From the NCBI RefSeq assembly GCF_037042905.1, contig NC_087252.1, positions 9,054,001 to 9,118,000 on the forward strand: 64,000 nt of DNA, read 5' to 3'. The notes beneath the pieces were generated by a model. The model did no database searches and was not told the origin of the DNA. It saw nothing but the letters and a program-made list of their open reading frames with translations. Positions 1 to 15,607 of the stretch are shown here, one piece after another. Positions within the stretch are counted from its first letter, which is position 1. Every line of letters starts with the position of its first letter. The DNA is from Lytechinus pictus. Lineage: Eukaryota. Position numbers and translations under genes: made by a program.

Positions 1-73
1 GTAGTAGTAGTAGTAGTACTAGTACTAGTAGTAGTAGTACTTACTAGTAGTAGTAGTAGTAGTAATAGAAGTA

Positions 74-104
<31 letters not shown>

Positions 105-223
105 AAGTAGTAGTAGTTGTAGGAGTTGTAATAGTAAAGTAGTTGTAGCAGTAGTAGAAGTAGTAGTAGTATAGTAGTAGTAGTAGTAGTAGTAGTACTA
201 GTACTAGTAGTAGTAGTACTTAC

Positions 224-262
<39 letters not shown>

Positions 263-323
263 AAGTAGAAGTAGAGGAAATAGAAGTAGTAGCACTAGTA
301 GAAGAAGTATTGAAGTAGAAGAC

Positions 324-363
<40 letters not shown>

Positions 364-521
364 AAGTAATAGCAGTAGTAGTAGTAGTCCTAGTAGGAGT
401 AAAAGTAGCAGGAGTAGTTCTTGTTTTTGTAAAAGTAGTAAAATTAGTTGTAGTAGTAGTAGTAGTAGCAGGAGTAGTAGTAGTAGAAGTAGTAGCAGTA
501 GAAGTAGTAGTAATGGTAGCA

Positions 522-580
<59 letters not shown>

Positions 581-632
581 TGCAGAAGTAGTAGTAGTAA
601 TAGGAGCGATAATAGAAGAAGAAGAAGAAGTA

Positions 633-669
<37 letters not shown>

Positions 670-689
670 CAGTAGTAGTAATAGTAGTA

Positions 690-732
<43 letters not shown>

Positions 733-851
733 AAGAAGTAGTAGCAGTAGTAGTAGCAGTAGTAGTAGTAGTGGTAGCAGTAGGAGTAGTAGTAGTAGTA
801 GTAGTAGTAGCAGCAGTAATAGGAGCAATAATAGAAATAGAAGAAGAAGTA

Positions 852-893
<42 letters not shown>

Positions 894-974
894 ATAGAAG
901 TAGTAGAAGTAGTGGTAGTAGTAGTACTAGGAGTAGTAATAGTAGTAGTAGCAGAATAAGCAGTAGTAGTTGTT

Positions 975-1017
<43 letters not shown>

Positions 1018-1088
1018 CAGTAGGAGTAGTAGTAGTAGAAGTAGCAGCAGTAATAGGAGCAATAATAGAAGAAGAAGTAGTAGAAGTA

Positions 1089-1136
<48 letters not shown>

Positions 1137-1145
1137 ATAGAAGTA

Positions 1146-1182
<37 letters not shown>

Positions 1183-1190
1183 CAGGATAA

Positions 1191-1244
<54 letters not shown>

Positions 1245-1253
1245 ATAGAAGTA

Positions 1254-1309
<56 letters not shown>

Positions 1310-1459
1310 TGTAGGAGTTGTAGTAGTAAAGTAGTTGTAGCAGTAGTAGTAGTACTAGTAGTATAGTAGTAGTAGTAGTAGTAGTAGTACTAGTACTAGT
1401 AGTAGTAGTACTAGTACTAGTAGTAGTAGTACTAGTACTAGTAGTAGTAGTACTTACTG

Positions 1460-1505
<46 letters not shown>

Positions 1506-3304
1506 AAGAAGTAGTAGTAGTAGAAGTAGTGGCAGTAGTAGTAATATAAGTTGTATCATATCTATTGTAAATAGCAAAAAGTGAAAAAAAAACAGTGTCA
1601 AGTATTTTTTTAATGCAAATCTAATAAGACAATTAGGGGAAGGTGTGGCATAATGGAATACTGAATTTCAAACTTGATATTAAGACGTCATCAACGACAC
1701 AATACAAGTACAATGACAATGACAATTTTAGATGAATATTGTTTGTACTTTTATATGTCAAGGACATTTCATAAATTTCGAGTTGTAAATTTCAGTGAAA
1801 CGCAAAAAATCACCGTTTGCCCCCTCACTTGGGCAAAATGCACCCCCCCCCCCCCTGATGGCACTCTTCATCGCCTCTTCATCCCATATCTGTCTTGACA
1901 TTTTCCGCTTGCAGTTCTATTCCTGACAATCTTTATGACGACCTGCAAACAATACACCTGAACCATATAATTGAGGTTACTCAACTACCACCTACAATGC
2001 AACTAGCACGTTTAATAATAAAAAAACACGCCGTTTTCAACTGGGGCAATATGTACATACTTGGACCAAAAAGGTTCAATTTTTCCCTAACATTTATAGT
2101 TCATTTCCCTTAATATTGTATTTTCTTATAAGAGGTTTACACGCAAAATCTCTGAAGCAAAAAATCCCTGAAGCATGCAAAGCGTGTGTCTCAACGTTGA
2201 TATCTTGATATCGTATTATGATTAACATAATACGAATATTTTATAAAACTTGCTACAACAACTACAAATTTTCAGCTCTATAATCATTCCCTATTCTTAG
2301 ATCACGATGGTACACTTTTTTAAAAGACTTTATTCGGATGTGCTCAGATGTTGCTGGAATAAAGTTCATGGTTGGTATTATGCCGCATTTTCGACTGCTT
2401 CAAAGACTTTTTAAAGGGGGCGTACGTTATTCACTTATGAAAATTTCAAAATTGTATTTTCCCCATGTGATTGTTATGTCCCACCTTCCCCTAATATGGT
2501 TCATTTCATTTTCAATATGAAATGTTTTTTCTTTCCATATCCTTGATCTAAAGAAAAATATCTCATTTGTCTGTGCATACCACGAATAGTATCAGAACAC
2601 GTTTGGACTTAAAAAGAAACTTAATCTAAAATCGAAACAAAAAAAATTAAGGTTGGAGGTATTTTTTCTTACAATTGGATTGAGAAGTTGTTTACAAAAC
2701 CACTATTATGTAAAGGTGCTCTTCCAGCATAGCGTTCTACATGCATTGTTGGAACTGCGTTTCTTCAAAAAAGTTGTGTTATGTTGGCTGATTTATTGAT
2801 TGTTCTTACTCGTCAAGAATATCACAAAATATGAAATACAATAAACAGAAAGAAAACCTTGACAGGATAAAGCTCCTATTATAGTATAAAAACATTTAGG
2901 CCAAGAGCATTAGGCCAAAATATGCTTAAGAAAGGAAATTTCAGGTAACAAGCTGATTTTTTCAGGATACGTCCAGTAATTTGTCTAGAATAACAAACTA
3001 AAAGTCCTCATTTACATCCCCCTTAAAGGATTTTTTGTTATCCAAGATGGCGTTCAAAATGGTCGCCATTCACAGAAAATGGACATAACTCACTCCACAT
3101 TAGGCATCAATTTCTGTGAATATTGCATGGTTAAAAGGGGTATAATGTTTTAATGATACTGGTTAGAGTGATCATAGTAGTAGTAGTAGTAGTAGTAGTA
3201 GTAAAAGTGGTAATGGTATAGTACTAGTAGTAGTGGTAGTAGTAGTAGTATTTCTAGTAGTAGTATAGCAATAGTAGTAATAGTAGAAGTAGGAGTAGTA
3301 GCAA

Positions 3305-3338
<34 letters not shown>

Positions 3339-3461
3339 CCTAGTAGGAGTAAAAGTAGCAGTAGTAGTTCTTATTTTTGTAAAAGTAGTCAAATTAGTTG
3401 TAGTAGTAGTAGTAGTAGTAGTAGAAGTAGTAGCAGTAGAAGTAGTAGTAATGGTAGCAGC

Positions 3462-3494
<33 letters not shown>

Positions 3495-3498
3495 TGTT

Positions 3499-3538
<40 letters not shown>

Positions 3539-3897
3539 AAGTAGCGGTAGTAATAGGAGCAATAATAGAAGAAGAAGAAGAAGTAGTAGAAGTAGTAGTA
3601 GAAGTAATAGCAGTAGTAGTAGTAGTCCTAGTAGGAGTAAAAGTAGCAGTAGTAGTTCTTATTTTTGTAAAAGTAGTAAAACTAGTTGTAGTAGTAGTAG
3701 TAGTAGCAGGAGTAGTAGTAGTAGAAGTAGTAGCAGTAGAAGTAGTAGTAATGGTAGCAGTAGTAGTAGTAGTAGTAGTAGTTGTAGTAGTAGTAGTAGT
3801 AGCAGGAGTAGTAGTAGTAAAAGTAGTAGCAGTAGAAGTAGTAGTAATGGTAGTAGTAGTAGTAGCAGGAGTAGTAGTAGTAGTAGTAATAGAAGTA

Positions 3898-3941
<44 letters not shown>

Positions 3942-4116
3942 TGTAGGAGTTGTAATAGTAAAGTAGTAGTAGCAGGAGTAGTAGTAGTAGAAGTAGTAGC
4001 AGTAGAAGTAGTAGTAATGGTAGCAGTAGTAGTAGTAGTAGTAGTAGTAGTTGTAGTAGTAGTAGTAGTAGCAGGAGTAGTAGTAGTAAAAGTAGTAGCA
4101 GTAGAAGTAGTAGTAA

Positions 4117-4148
<32 letters not shown>

Positions 4149-4171
4149 GTACTAGTAGTAGTAGTACTTAC

Positions 4172-4213
<42 letters not shown>

Positions 4214-4274
4214 AAGTAGAAGTAGAGGAAATAGAAGTAGTAGTACTAGTAGAAGAAGTATTGAAGTAGTAGAC

Positions 4275-4314
<40 letters not shown>

Positions 4315-4574
4315 AAGTAATAGCAGTAGTAGTAGTAGTCCTAGTAGGAGTAAAAGTAGCAGTAGTAGTTCTTGTTTTTGTAAAAGTAGTAAAATTAGTT
4401 GTAGTAGTAGTAGTAGTAGCAGGAGTAGTAGTAGTAGAAGTAGTAGCAGTAGAAGTAGTAGTAATGGTAGCAGTAGAAGTAGTAGTAGTAGTAGTAGTAG
4501 TTGTAGTAGTAGTAGTAGTAGTTGTAGAAGTAGTAGTAGTAATAGGAGCAATAATAGAAGAAGAAGAAGAAGTA

Positions 4575-4620
<46 letters not shown>

Positions 4621-4640
4621 CAATAGTAGTAATAGTAGTA

Positions 4641-4699
<59 letters not shown>

Positions 4700-4844
4700 T
4701 GTAGGAGTTGTAGTAGTAAAGTAGTTGTAGCAGTAGTAGTAGTACTAGTAGTATAGTAGTAGTAGTAGTAGTAGTACTAGTACTAGTAGTAGTAGTACTA
4801 GTACTAGTAGTAGTAGTACTAGTACTAGTAGTAGTAGTACTTAC

Positions 4845-4904
<60 letters not shown>

Positions 4905-6701
4905 AAGTAGTAGTAGTAGAAGTAGTGGCAGTAGTAGTAATATAAGTTGTATCATATCTATTGTAAATAGCAAGAAGTGAAGAAAAAAACAGTGTCAAGT
5001 ATTTTTTTAATGCAAATCTAATAAGACAATTAGGGGAAGGTGTGGCATAATGGAATACTGAATTTCAAACTTGATATTAAGACGTCATCAACGACACAAT
5101 ACAAGTACAATGACAATGACAATTTTAGATGAATATTGTTTGTACTTTTATATGTCAAGGACATTTCATAAATTTCGAGTTGTAAATTTCAGTGAAACGC
5201 AAAAAATCACTGTTTGCCCCCTCACTTGGGCAAAATGCACCCCCCCCCTGATGGCACTCTTCATTGCCTCTTCATCCCATATCTGTCTTGACATTTTCCG
5301 CTTGCAGTTCTATTCCTGACAATCTTCATGACGACCTGCAAACAATACACCTGAACCATATAATTGAGGTTACTCAACTACCACTAACAATGCAACTAGC
5401 ACGTTTAATAATAAAAGAACACGCCATTTTCAACTGGGGCAATATGTACATACTTGGACCAAAAAGGTTCAATTTTTCCCTAACATTTATAGTTCATTTC
5501 CCTTAATATTGTATTTTCTTATAAGAGGTTTACACGCAAAATCCCTGAAGCATGCAAAGCGTGTGTCTCAACGTTGATATCTTGATATCGTATTATGATT
5601 AACATAATACGAATATTTTATAAAACTTGCTACAACAACTACAAATTTTCAGCTCTATAATCATTCCCTATTCTTAGATCACGATGGTGCACTTTTTTAA
5701 AAGACTTTATTCGGATGTGCTCAGATGTTGCTGGAATAAAGTTCATGGTTGATATTATGCCGCATTTTCGACTGCTTCAAAGACTTTGTAAAGGGGGCGT
5801 ACGTTATTCACTTATGAAAATTTCAAAATTTTATTTTCCCCCATGTGATTGTTATGTCCCACCTTCCCCTAATATGGTTCATTTCATTTTCAGTATGAAA
5901 TGTTTTTATTCTTTCCATATCCTTGATCTAAAGAAAAATATCTCATTTGTCTGTGCATACCATGAATAGTATCAGAACACATTTCGACCTAAAAAGAAAC
6001 TTAATCTAAAATCGAAACATAATTTTTAAGGTTGGAGGTATTTTTTCTTACAATTGGATTGAGAAGTTGTTTACAAAACCACTATTATGTAAAGGTGCTC
6101 TTCCAGCATAGCGTTCTACATGCATTGTTGGAACTGCGTTTCTTCAAAAAAGTTGTGTTATGTTGGCTGATTTATTGATTGGTCTTACTCGTCAAGAATA
6201 TCACAAAATATGAAATACAATAAACAGAGAGAAAACCTTGACAGGATAAAGCTCCTATTATAGTATAAAAACATTTAGGCCAAGAGCATTAGGCCAAAAT
6301 ATGCTTAAGAAAGGAAATTTCAGGTAACAAGCTGATTTTTTCAGGATACGTCCAGTAATTTGTCTAGAATAACAAACTAAAAGTCCTCATTTACATCCCC
6401 CTTAAAGGATTTTTTGTTATCCAAGATGGCGTTCAAAATGGTCGCCATTCACAGAAGATGGACATAACTCACTCCACATTAGGCATCAATTTCTGTGAAT
6501 ATTGCATGGTTAAAAGGGGTATAATGTTTTAATGATACTGGTTAGAGTGATCATAGTAGTAGTAGTAGTAGTAGTAGTAAAAGTGGTAATGGTATAGTAC
6601 TAGTAGTAGTGGTAGTAGTATTAGTATTTCTAGTAGTAGTATAGCAATAGTAGTAATAGTAGAAGTAGGAGTAGTAGCAAAAGTAGTAGTAGTAGTAGTA
6701 A

Positions 6702-6734
<33 letters not shown>

Positions 6735-6756
6735 AAGTAGTAGTAATGGTAGCAGC

Positions 6757-6789
<33 letters not shown>

Positions 6790-6793
6790 TGTT

Positions 6794-6833
<40 letters not shown>

Positions 6834-7054
6834 AAGTAGCGGTAGTAATAGGAGCAATAATAGAAGAAGAAGAAGAAGAAGTAGTAGAAGTAGTAGTAGA
6901 AGTAATAGCAGTAGTAGTTCTTATTTTTGTAAAAGTAGTAAAATTAGTTGTAGTAGTAGTAGTAGTAGCAGGAGTAGTAGTAGTAGAAGTAGTAGCAGTA
7001 GAAGTAGTAGTAATGGTAGCAGCAGCAGTAGTAGTAGTAGTAGTAGTAGTTGTT

Positions 7055-7091
<37 letters not shown>

Positions 7092-7444
7092 AAGTAGCGG
7101 GAGTAATAGGAGCAATAATAGAAGAAGAAGTAGTAGAAGTAGTAGTAGAAGTAATAGCAGTAGTAGTAGTAGTCCTAGTAGGAGTAAAAGTAGCAGTAGT
7201 AGTTCTTATTTTTGTAAAAGTAGTAAAACTAGTTGTAGTAGTAGTAGTAGCAGGAGTAGTGGTAGTAGAAGTAGTAGCAGTAGAAGTAGTAGTAATGGTA
7301 GCAGTAGTAGTAGTAGTAGTAGTAGTAGTTGTAGTAGTAGTAGTAGTAGCAGGAGTAGTAGTAGTAAAAGTAGTAGCAGTAGAAGTAGTAGTAATGGTAG
7401 TAGTAGTAGTAACAGGAGTAGTAGTAGTAGTAGTAATAGAAGTA

Positions 7445-7494
<50 letters not shown>

Positions 7495-7600
7495 TGTAGG
7501 AGTTGTAATAGTAAAGAAGTTGTAGCAGTAGTAGAAGTAGTAGTAGTATAGTAGTAGTAGTAGTAGTAGTAGTACTAGTACTAGTAGTAGTAGTACTTAC

Positions 7601-7642
<42 letters not shown>

Positions 7643-7703
7643 AAGTAGAAGTAGAGGAAATAGAAGTAGTAGCACTAGTAGAAGAAGTATTGAAGTAGTA
7701 GAC

Positions 7704-7740
<37 letters not shown>

Positions 7741-7895
7741 AAGTAATAGCAGTAGTAGTAGTGGTCCTAGTAGGAGTAAAAGTAGCAGTAGTAGTTCTTG
7801 TTTTTGTAAAAGTAGTAAAATTAGTTGTAGTAGTAGTAGTAGCAGGAGTAGTAGTAGTAGAAGTAGTAGCAGTAGAAGTAGTAGTAATGGTAGCA

Positions 7896-7948
<53 letters not shown>

Positions 7949-8000
7949 TGTAGAAGTAGTAGTAGTAATAGGAGCAATAATAGAAGAAGAAGAAGAAGTA

Positions 8001-8037
<37 letters not shown>

Positions 8038-8062
8038 CAGTAGTAGTAATAGTAGTAGTAGA

Positions 8063-8103
<41 letters not shown>

Positions 8104-8225
8104 AAGAAGTAGTAGCAGTAGTAGTAGCAGTAGTAGTAGTAGTAGTGGTAGCAGTAGGAGTAGTAGTAGTAGTAGTAGTAGTAGCAGCAGTAATAGGAGC
8201 AATAATAGAAATAGAAGAAGAAGTA

Positions 8226-8267
<42 letters not shown>

Positions 8268-8348
8268 ATAGAAGTAGTAGAAGTAGTGGTAGTAGTAGTA
8301 CTAGGAGTAGTAATAGTAGAAGTAGCAGAATAAGCAGTAGTAGTTGTT

Positions 8349-8385
<37 letters not shown>

Positions 8386-8456
8386 CAGTAGGAGTAGTAG
8401 TAGTAGAAGTAGCAGCAGTAATAGGAGCAATAATAGAAGAAGAAGTAGTAGAAGTA

Positions 8457-8504
<48 letters not shown>

Positions 8505-8513
8505 ATAGAAGTA

Positions 8514-8553
<40 letters not shown>

Positions 8554-8561
8554 CAGGATAA

Positions 8562-8603
<42 letters not shown>

Positions 8604-8612
8604 ATAGAAGTA

Positions 8613-8668
<56 letters not shown>

Positions 8669-8797
8669 TGTAGGAGTTGTAGTAGTAAAGTAGTTGTAGC
8701 AGTAGTAGTAGTACTAGTAGTATAGTAGTAGTAGTAGTAGTAGTAGTACTAGTACTAGTAGTAGTAGTACTAGTACTAGTAGTAGTAGTACTTACTG

Positions 8798-8840
<43 letters not shown>

Positions 8841-10639
8841 AAGAAGTAGTAGTAGTAGAAGTAGTGGCAGTAGTAGTAATATAAGTTGTATCATATCTAT
8901 TGTAAATAGCAAAAAGTGAAAAAAAAACAGTGTCAAGTATTTTTTTAATGCAAATCTAATAAGACAATTAGGGGAAGGTGTGGCATAATGGAATACTGAA
9001 TTTCAAACTTGATATTAAGACGTCATCAACGACACAATACAAGTACAATGACAATGACAATTTTAGATGAATATTGTTTGTACTTTTATATGTCAAGGAC
9101 ATTTCATAAATTTCGAGTTGTAAATTTCAGTGAAACGCAAAAAATCACCGTTTGCCCCCTCACTTGGGCAAAATGCACCCCCCCCCCCCCTGATGGCACT
9201 CTTCATTGCCTCTTCATCCCATATCTGTCTTGACATTTTCCGCTTGCAGTTCTATTCCTGACAATCTTTATGACGACCTGCAAACAATACACCTGAACCA
9301 TATAATTGAGGTTACTCAACTACCACAAACAATGCAACTAGCACGTTTAATAATAAAAAAACACGCCATTTTCAACTGGGGCAATATGTACATACTTGGA
9401 CCAAAAAGGTTCAATTTTTCCCTAACATTTATAGTTCATTTCCCTTAATATTGTATTTTCTTATAAGAGGTTTACACGCAAAATCTCTGAAGCAAAAAAT
9501 CCCTGAAGCATGCAAAGCGTGTGTCTCAACGTTGATATCTTGATATCGTATTATGATTAACATAATACGAATATTTTATAAAACTTGCTACAACAACTAC
9601 AAATTTTCAGCTCTATAATCATTCCCTATTCTTAGATCACGATGGTACACTTTTTTAAAAGACTTTATTCGGATGTGCTCAGATGTTGCTGGAATAAAGT
9701 TCATGGTTGGTATTATGCCGCATTTTCGACTGCTTCAAAGACTTTTTAAAGGGGGCGTACGTTATTCACTTATGAAAATTTCAAAATTGTATTTTCCCCA
9801 TGTGATTGTTATGTCCCACCTTCCCCTAATATGGTTCATTTCATTTTCAATATGAAATGTTTTTTCTTTCCATATCCTTGATCTAAAGAAAAATATCTCA
9901 TTTGTCTGTGCATACCACGAATAGTATCAGAACACGTTTGGACTTAAAAAGAAACTTAATCTAAAATCGAAACAAAAAAAATTAAGGTTGGAGGTATTTT
10001 TTCTTACAATTGGATTGAGAAGTTGTTTACAAAACCACTATTATGTAAAGGTGCTCTTCCAGCATAGCGTTCTACATGCATTGTTGGAACTGCGTTTCTT
10101 CAAAAAAGTTGTGTTATGTTGGCTGATTTATTGATTGTTCTTACTCGTCAAGAATATCACAAAATATGAAATACAATAAACAGAAAGAAAACCTTGACAG
10201 GATAAAGCTCCTATTATAGTATAAAAACATTTAGGCCAAGAGCATTAGGCCAAAATATGCTTAAGAAAGGAAATTTCAGGTAACAAGCTGATTTTTTCAG
10301 GATACGTCCAGTAATTTGTCTAGAATAACAAACTAAAAGTCCTCATTTACATCCCCCTTAAAGGATTTTTTGTTATCCAAGATGGCGTTCAAAATGGTCG
10401 CCATTCACAGAAAATGGACATAACTCACTCCACATTAGGCATCAATTTCTGTGAATATTGCATGGTTAAAAGGGGTATAATGTTTTAATGATACTGGTTA
10501 GAGTGATCATAGTAGTAGTAGTAGTAGTAGTAGTAGTAAAAGTGGTAATGGTATAGTACTAGTAGTAGTGGTAGTAGTATTAGTATTTCTAGTAGTAGTA
10601 TAGCAATAGTAGTAATAGTAGAAGTAGGAGTAGTAGCAA

Positions 10640-10679
<40 letters not shown>

Positions 10680-10839
10680 CCTAGTAGGAGTAAAAGTAGC
10701 AGTAGTAGTTCGTATTTTTGTAAAAGTAGTCAAATTAGTTGTAGTAGTAGTAGTAGTAGTAGTAGAAGTAGTAGCAGTAGAAGTAGTAGTAATGGTAGCA
10801 GCAGTAGTAGTAGTAGTAGTAGTAGTAGTAGTTGTTGTT

Positions 10840-10870
<31 letters not shown>

Positions 10871-11232
10871 AAGTAGCGGTAGTAATAGGAGCAATAATAG
10901 AAGAAGAAGAAGAAGTAGTAGAAGTAGTAGTAGAAGTAATAGCAGTAGTAGTAGTAGTCCTAGTAGGAGTAAAAGTAGCAGTAGTAGTTCTTATTTTTGT
11001 AAAAGTAGTAAAACTAGTTGTAGTAGTAGTAGTAGCAGGAGTAGTAGTAGTAGAAGTAGTAGCAGTAGAAGTACTAGTAATGGTAGCAGTAGTAGTAGTA
11101 GTAGTAGTAGTAGTTGTAGTAGTAGTAGTAGTAGTAGCAGGAGTAGTAGTAGTAAAAGTAGTAGCAGTAGAAGTAGTAGTAATGGTAGTAGTAGTAGTAG
11201 CAGGAGTAGTAGTAGTAGTAGTAATAGAAGTA

Positions 11233-11279
<47 letters not shown>

Positions 11280-11373
11280 TGTAGGAGTTGTAATAGTAAA
11301 GTAGTTGTAGCAGTAGTAGAAGTAGTAGTAGTATAGTAGTAGTAGTAGTAGTACTAGTAGTAGTAGTACTTAC

Positions 11374-11415
<42 letters not shown>

Positions 11416-11476
11416 AAGTAGAAGTAGAGGAAATAGAAGTAGTAGTACTAGTAGAAGAAGTATTGAAGTAGTAGAC

Positions 11477-11510
<34 letters not shown>

Positions 11511-11668
11511 AAGTAATAGCAGTAGTAGTAGTAGTCCTAGTAGGAGTAAAAGTAGCAGTAGTAGTTCTTGTTTTTGTAAAAGTAGTAAAATTAGTTGTAG
11601 TAGTAGTAGTAGTAGCAGGAGTAGTAGTAGTAGAAGTAGTAGCAGTAGAAGTAGTAGTAATGGTAGCA

Positions 11669-11715
<47 letters not shown>

Positions 11716-11767
11716 TGTAGAAGTAGTAGTAGTAATAGGAGCAATAATAGAAGAAGAAGAAGAAGTA

Positions 11768-11810
<43 letters not shown>

Positions 11811-11830
11811 CAGTAGTAGTAATAGTAGTA

Positions 11831-11895
<65 letters not shown>

Positions 11896-12019
11896 TGTAG
11901 GAGTTGTAGTAGTAAAGTAGTTGTAGCAGTAGTAGTAGTACTAGTAGTATAGTAGTAGTAGTAGTAGTAGTACTAGTACTAGTAGTAGTAGTACTAGTAC
12001 TAGTAGTAGTAGTACTTAC

Positions 12020-12085
<66 letters not shown>

Positions 12086-13881
12086 AAGTAGTAGTAGTAG
12101 AAGTAGTGGCAGTAGTAGTAATATAAGTTGTATCATATATATTGTAAATAGCAAGAAGTGAAGAAAAAAACAGTGTCAAGTATTTTTTTAATGCAAATCT
12201 AATAAGACAATTAGGGGAAGGTGTGGCATAATGGAATACTGAATTTCAAACTTGATATTAAGACGTCATCAACGACACAATACAAGTACAATGACAATGA
12301 CAATTTTAGATGAATATTGTTTGTACTTTTATATGTCAAGGACATTTCATAAATTTCGAGTTGTAAATTTCAGTGAAACGCAAAAAATCACTGTTTGCCC
12401 CCTCACTTGGGCAAAATGCACCCCCCCCCCCCTGATGGCACTCTTCATTGCCTCTTCATCCCATATCTGTCTTGACATTTTCCGCTTGCAGTTCTATTCC
12501 TGACAATCTTCATGACGACCTGCAAACAATACACCTGAACCATATAATTGAGGTTACTCAACTACCACTAACAATGCAACTAGCACGTTTAATAATAAAA
12601 GAACACGCCATTTTCAACTGGGGCAATATGTACATACTTGGACCAAAAAGGTTCAATTTTTCCCTAACATTTATAGTTCATTTCCCTTAATATTGTATTT
12701 TCTTATAAGAGGTTTACACGCAAAATCCCTGAAGCATGCAAAGCGTGTGTCTCAACGTTGATATCTTGATATCGTATTATGATTAACATAATACGAATAT
12801 TTTATAAAACTTGCTACAACAACTACAAATTTTCAGCTCTATAATCATTCCCTATTCTTAGATCACGATGGTGCACTTTTTTAAAAGACTTTATTCGGAT
12901 GTGCTCAGATGTTGCTGGAATAAAGTTCATGGTTGATATTATGCCGCATTTTCGACTGCTTCAAAGACTTTGTAAAGGGGGCGTACGTTATTCACTTATG
13001 AAAATTTCAAAATTTTATTTTCCCCCATGTGATTGTTATGTCCCACCTTCCCCTAATATGGTTCATTTCATTTTCAGTATGAAATGTTTTTATTCTTTCC
13101 ATATCCTTGATCTAAAGAAAAATATCTCATTTGTCTGTGCATACCATGAATAGTATCAGAACACATTTCGACCTAAAAAGAAACTTAATCTAAAATCGAA
13201 ACATAATTTTTAAGGTTGGAGGTATTTTTTCTTACAATTGGATTGAGAAGTTGTTTACAAAACCACTATTATGTAAAGGTGCTCTTCCAGCATAGCGTTC
13301 TACATGCATTGTTGGAACTGCGTTTCTTCAAAAAAGTTGTGTTATGTTGGCTGATTTACTGATTGGTCTTACTCGTCAAGAATATCACAAAATATGAAAT
13401 ACAATAAACAGAGAGAAAACCTTGACAGGATAAAGCTCCTATTATAGTATAAAAACATTTAGGCCAAGAGCATTAGGCCAAAATATGCTTAAGAAAGGAA
13501 ATTTCAGGTAACAAGCTGATTTTTTCAGGATACGTCCAGTAATTTGTCTAGAATAACAAACTAAAAGTCCTCATTTACATCCCCCTTAAAGGATTTTTTG
13601 TTATCCAAGATGGCGTTCAAAATGGTCGCCATTCACAGAAGATGGACATAACTCACTCCACATTAGGCATCAATTTCTGTGAATATTGCATGGTTAAAAG
13701 GGGTATAATGTTTTAATGATACTGGTTAGAGTGATCATAGTAGTAGTAGTAGTAGTAGTAGTAAAAGTGGTAATGGTATAGTACTAGTAGTAGTGGTAGT
13801 AGTATTAGTATTTCTAGTAGTAGTATAGCAATAGTAGTAATAGTAGAAGTAGGAGTAGTAGCAAAAGTAGTAGTAGTAGTA

Positions 13882-13921
<40 letters not shown>

Positions 13922-13943
13922 AAGTAGTAGTAATGGTAGCAGC

Positions 13944-13976
<33 letters not shown>

Positions 13977-13980
13977 TGTT

Positions 13981-14023
<43 letters not shown>

Positions 14024-14241
14024 AAGTAGCGGTAGTAATAGGAGCAATAATAGAAGAAGAAGAAGAAGAAGTAGTAGAAGTAGTAGTAGAAGTAATAGCA
14101 GTAGTAGTTCTTATTTTTGTAAAAGTAGTAAAATTAGTTGTAGTAGTAGTAGTAGCAGGAGTAGTAGTAGTAGAAGTAGTAGCAGTAGAAGTAGTAGTAA
14201 TGGTAGCAGCAGCAGTAGTAGTAGTAGTAGTAGTAGTTGTT

Positions 14242-14284
<43 letters not shown>

Positions 14285-14640
14285 AAGTAGCGGTAGTAAT
14301 AGGAGCAATAATAGAAGAAGAAGTAGTAGAAGTAGTAGTAGAAGTAATAGCAGTAGTAGTAGTAGTCCTAGTAGGAGTAAAAGTAGCAGTAGTAGTTCTT
14401 ATTTTTGTAAAAGTAGTAAAACTAGTTGTAGTAGTAGTAGTAGTAGCAGGAGTAGTAGTAGTAGAAGTAGTAGCAGTAGAAGTAGTAGTAATGGTAGCAG
14501 TAGTAGTAGTAGTAGTAGTAGTAGTTGTAGTAGTAGTAGTAGTAGCAGGAGTAGTAGGAGTAAAAGTAGTAGCAGTAGAAGTAGTAGTAATGGTAGTAGT
14601 AGTAGTAACAGGAGTAGTAGTAGTAGTAGTAATAGAAGTA

Positions 14641-14687
<47 letters not shown>

Positions 14688-14793
14688 TGTAGGAGTTGTA
14701 ATAGTAAAGAAGTTGTAGCAGTAGTAGAAGTAGTAGTAGTATAGTAGTAGTAGTAGTAGTAGTAGTACTAGTACTAGTAGTAGTAGTACTTAC

Positions 14794-14835
<42 letters not shown>

Positions 14836-14896
14836 AAGTAGAAGTAGAGGAAATAGAAGTAGTAGCACTAGTAGAAGAAGTATTGAAGTAGTAGAC

Positions 14897-14936
<40 letters not shown>

Positions 14937-15091
14937 AAGTAATAGCAGTAGTAGTAGTGGTCCTAGTAGGAGTAAAAGTAGCAGTAGTAGTTCTTGTTTT
15001 TGTAAAAGTAGTAAAATTAGTTGTAGTAGTAGTAGTAGCAGGAGTAGTAGTAGTAGAAGTAGTAGCAGTAGAAGTAGTAGTAATGGTAGCA

Positions 15092-15128
<37 letters not shown>

Positions 15129-15199
15129 CAGTAGGAGTAGTAGTAGTAGAAGTAGCAGCAGTAATAGGAGCAATAATAGAAGAAGAAGTAGTAGAAGTA

Positions 15200-15250
<51 letters not shown>

Positions 15251-15259
15251 ATAGAAGTA

Positions 15260-15302
<43 letters not shown>

Positions 15303-15310
15303 CAGGATAA

Positions 15311-15364
<54 letters not shown>

Positions 15365-15373
15365 ATAGAAGTA

Positions 15374-15432
<59 letters not shown>

Positions 15433-15561
15433 TGTAGGAGTTGTAGTAGTAAAGTAGTTGTAGCAGTAGTAGTAGTACTAGTAGTATAGTAGTAGTAGTA
15501 GTAGTAGTAGTACTAGTACTAGTAGTAGTAGTACTAGTACTAGTAGTAGTAGTACTTACTG

Positions 15562-15607
<46 letters not shown>

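Noticed and set aside
1674..2520. Short ORFs repeated in every spacer (MILRRHQ..., MCSDVAG...)
   Set aside because: They recur only because the DNA is duplicated. Frames shift between A and B copies and with poly-C length, and there is no recognisable protein.
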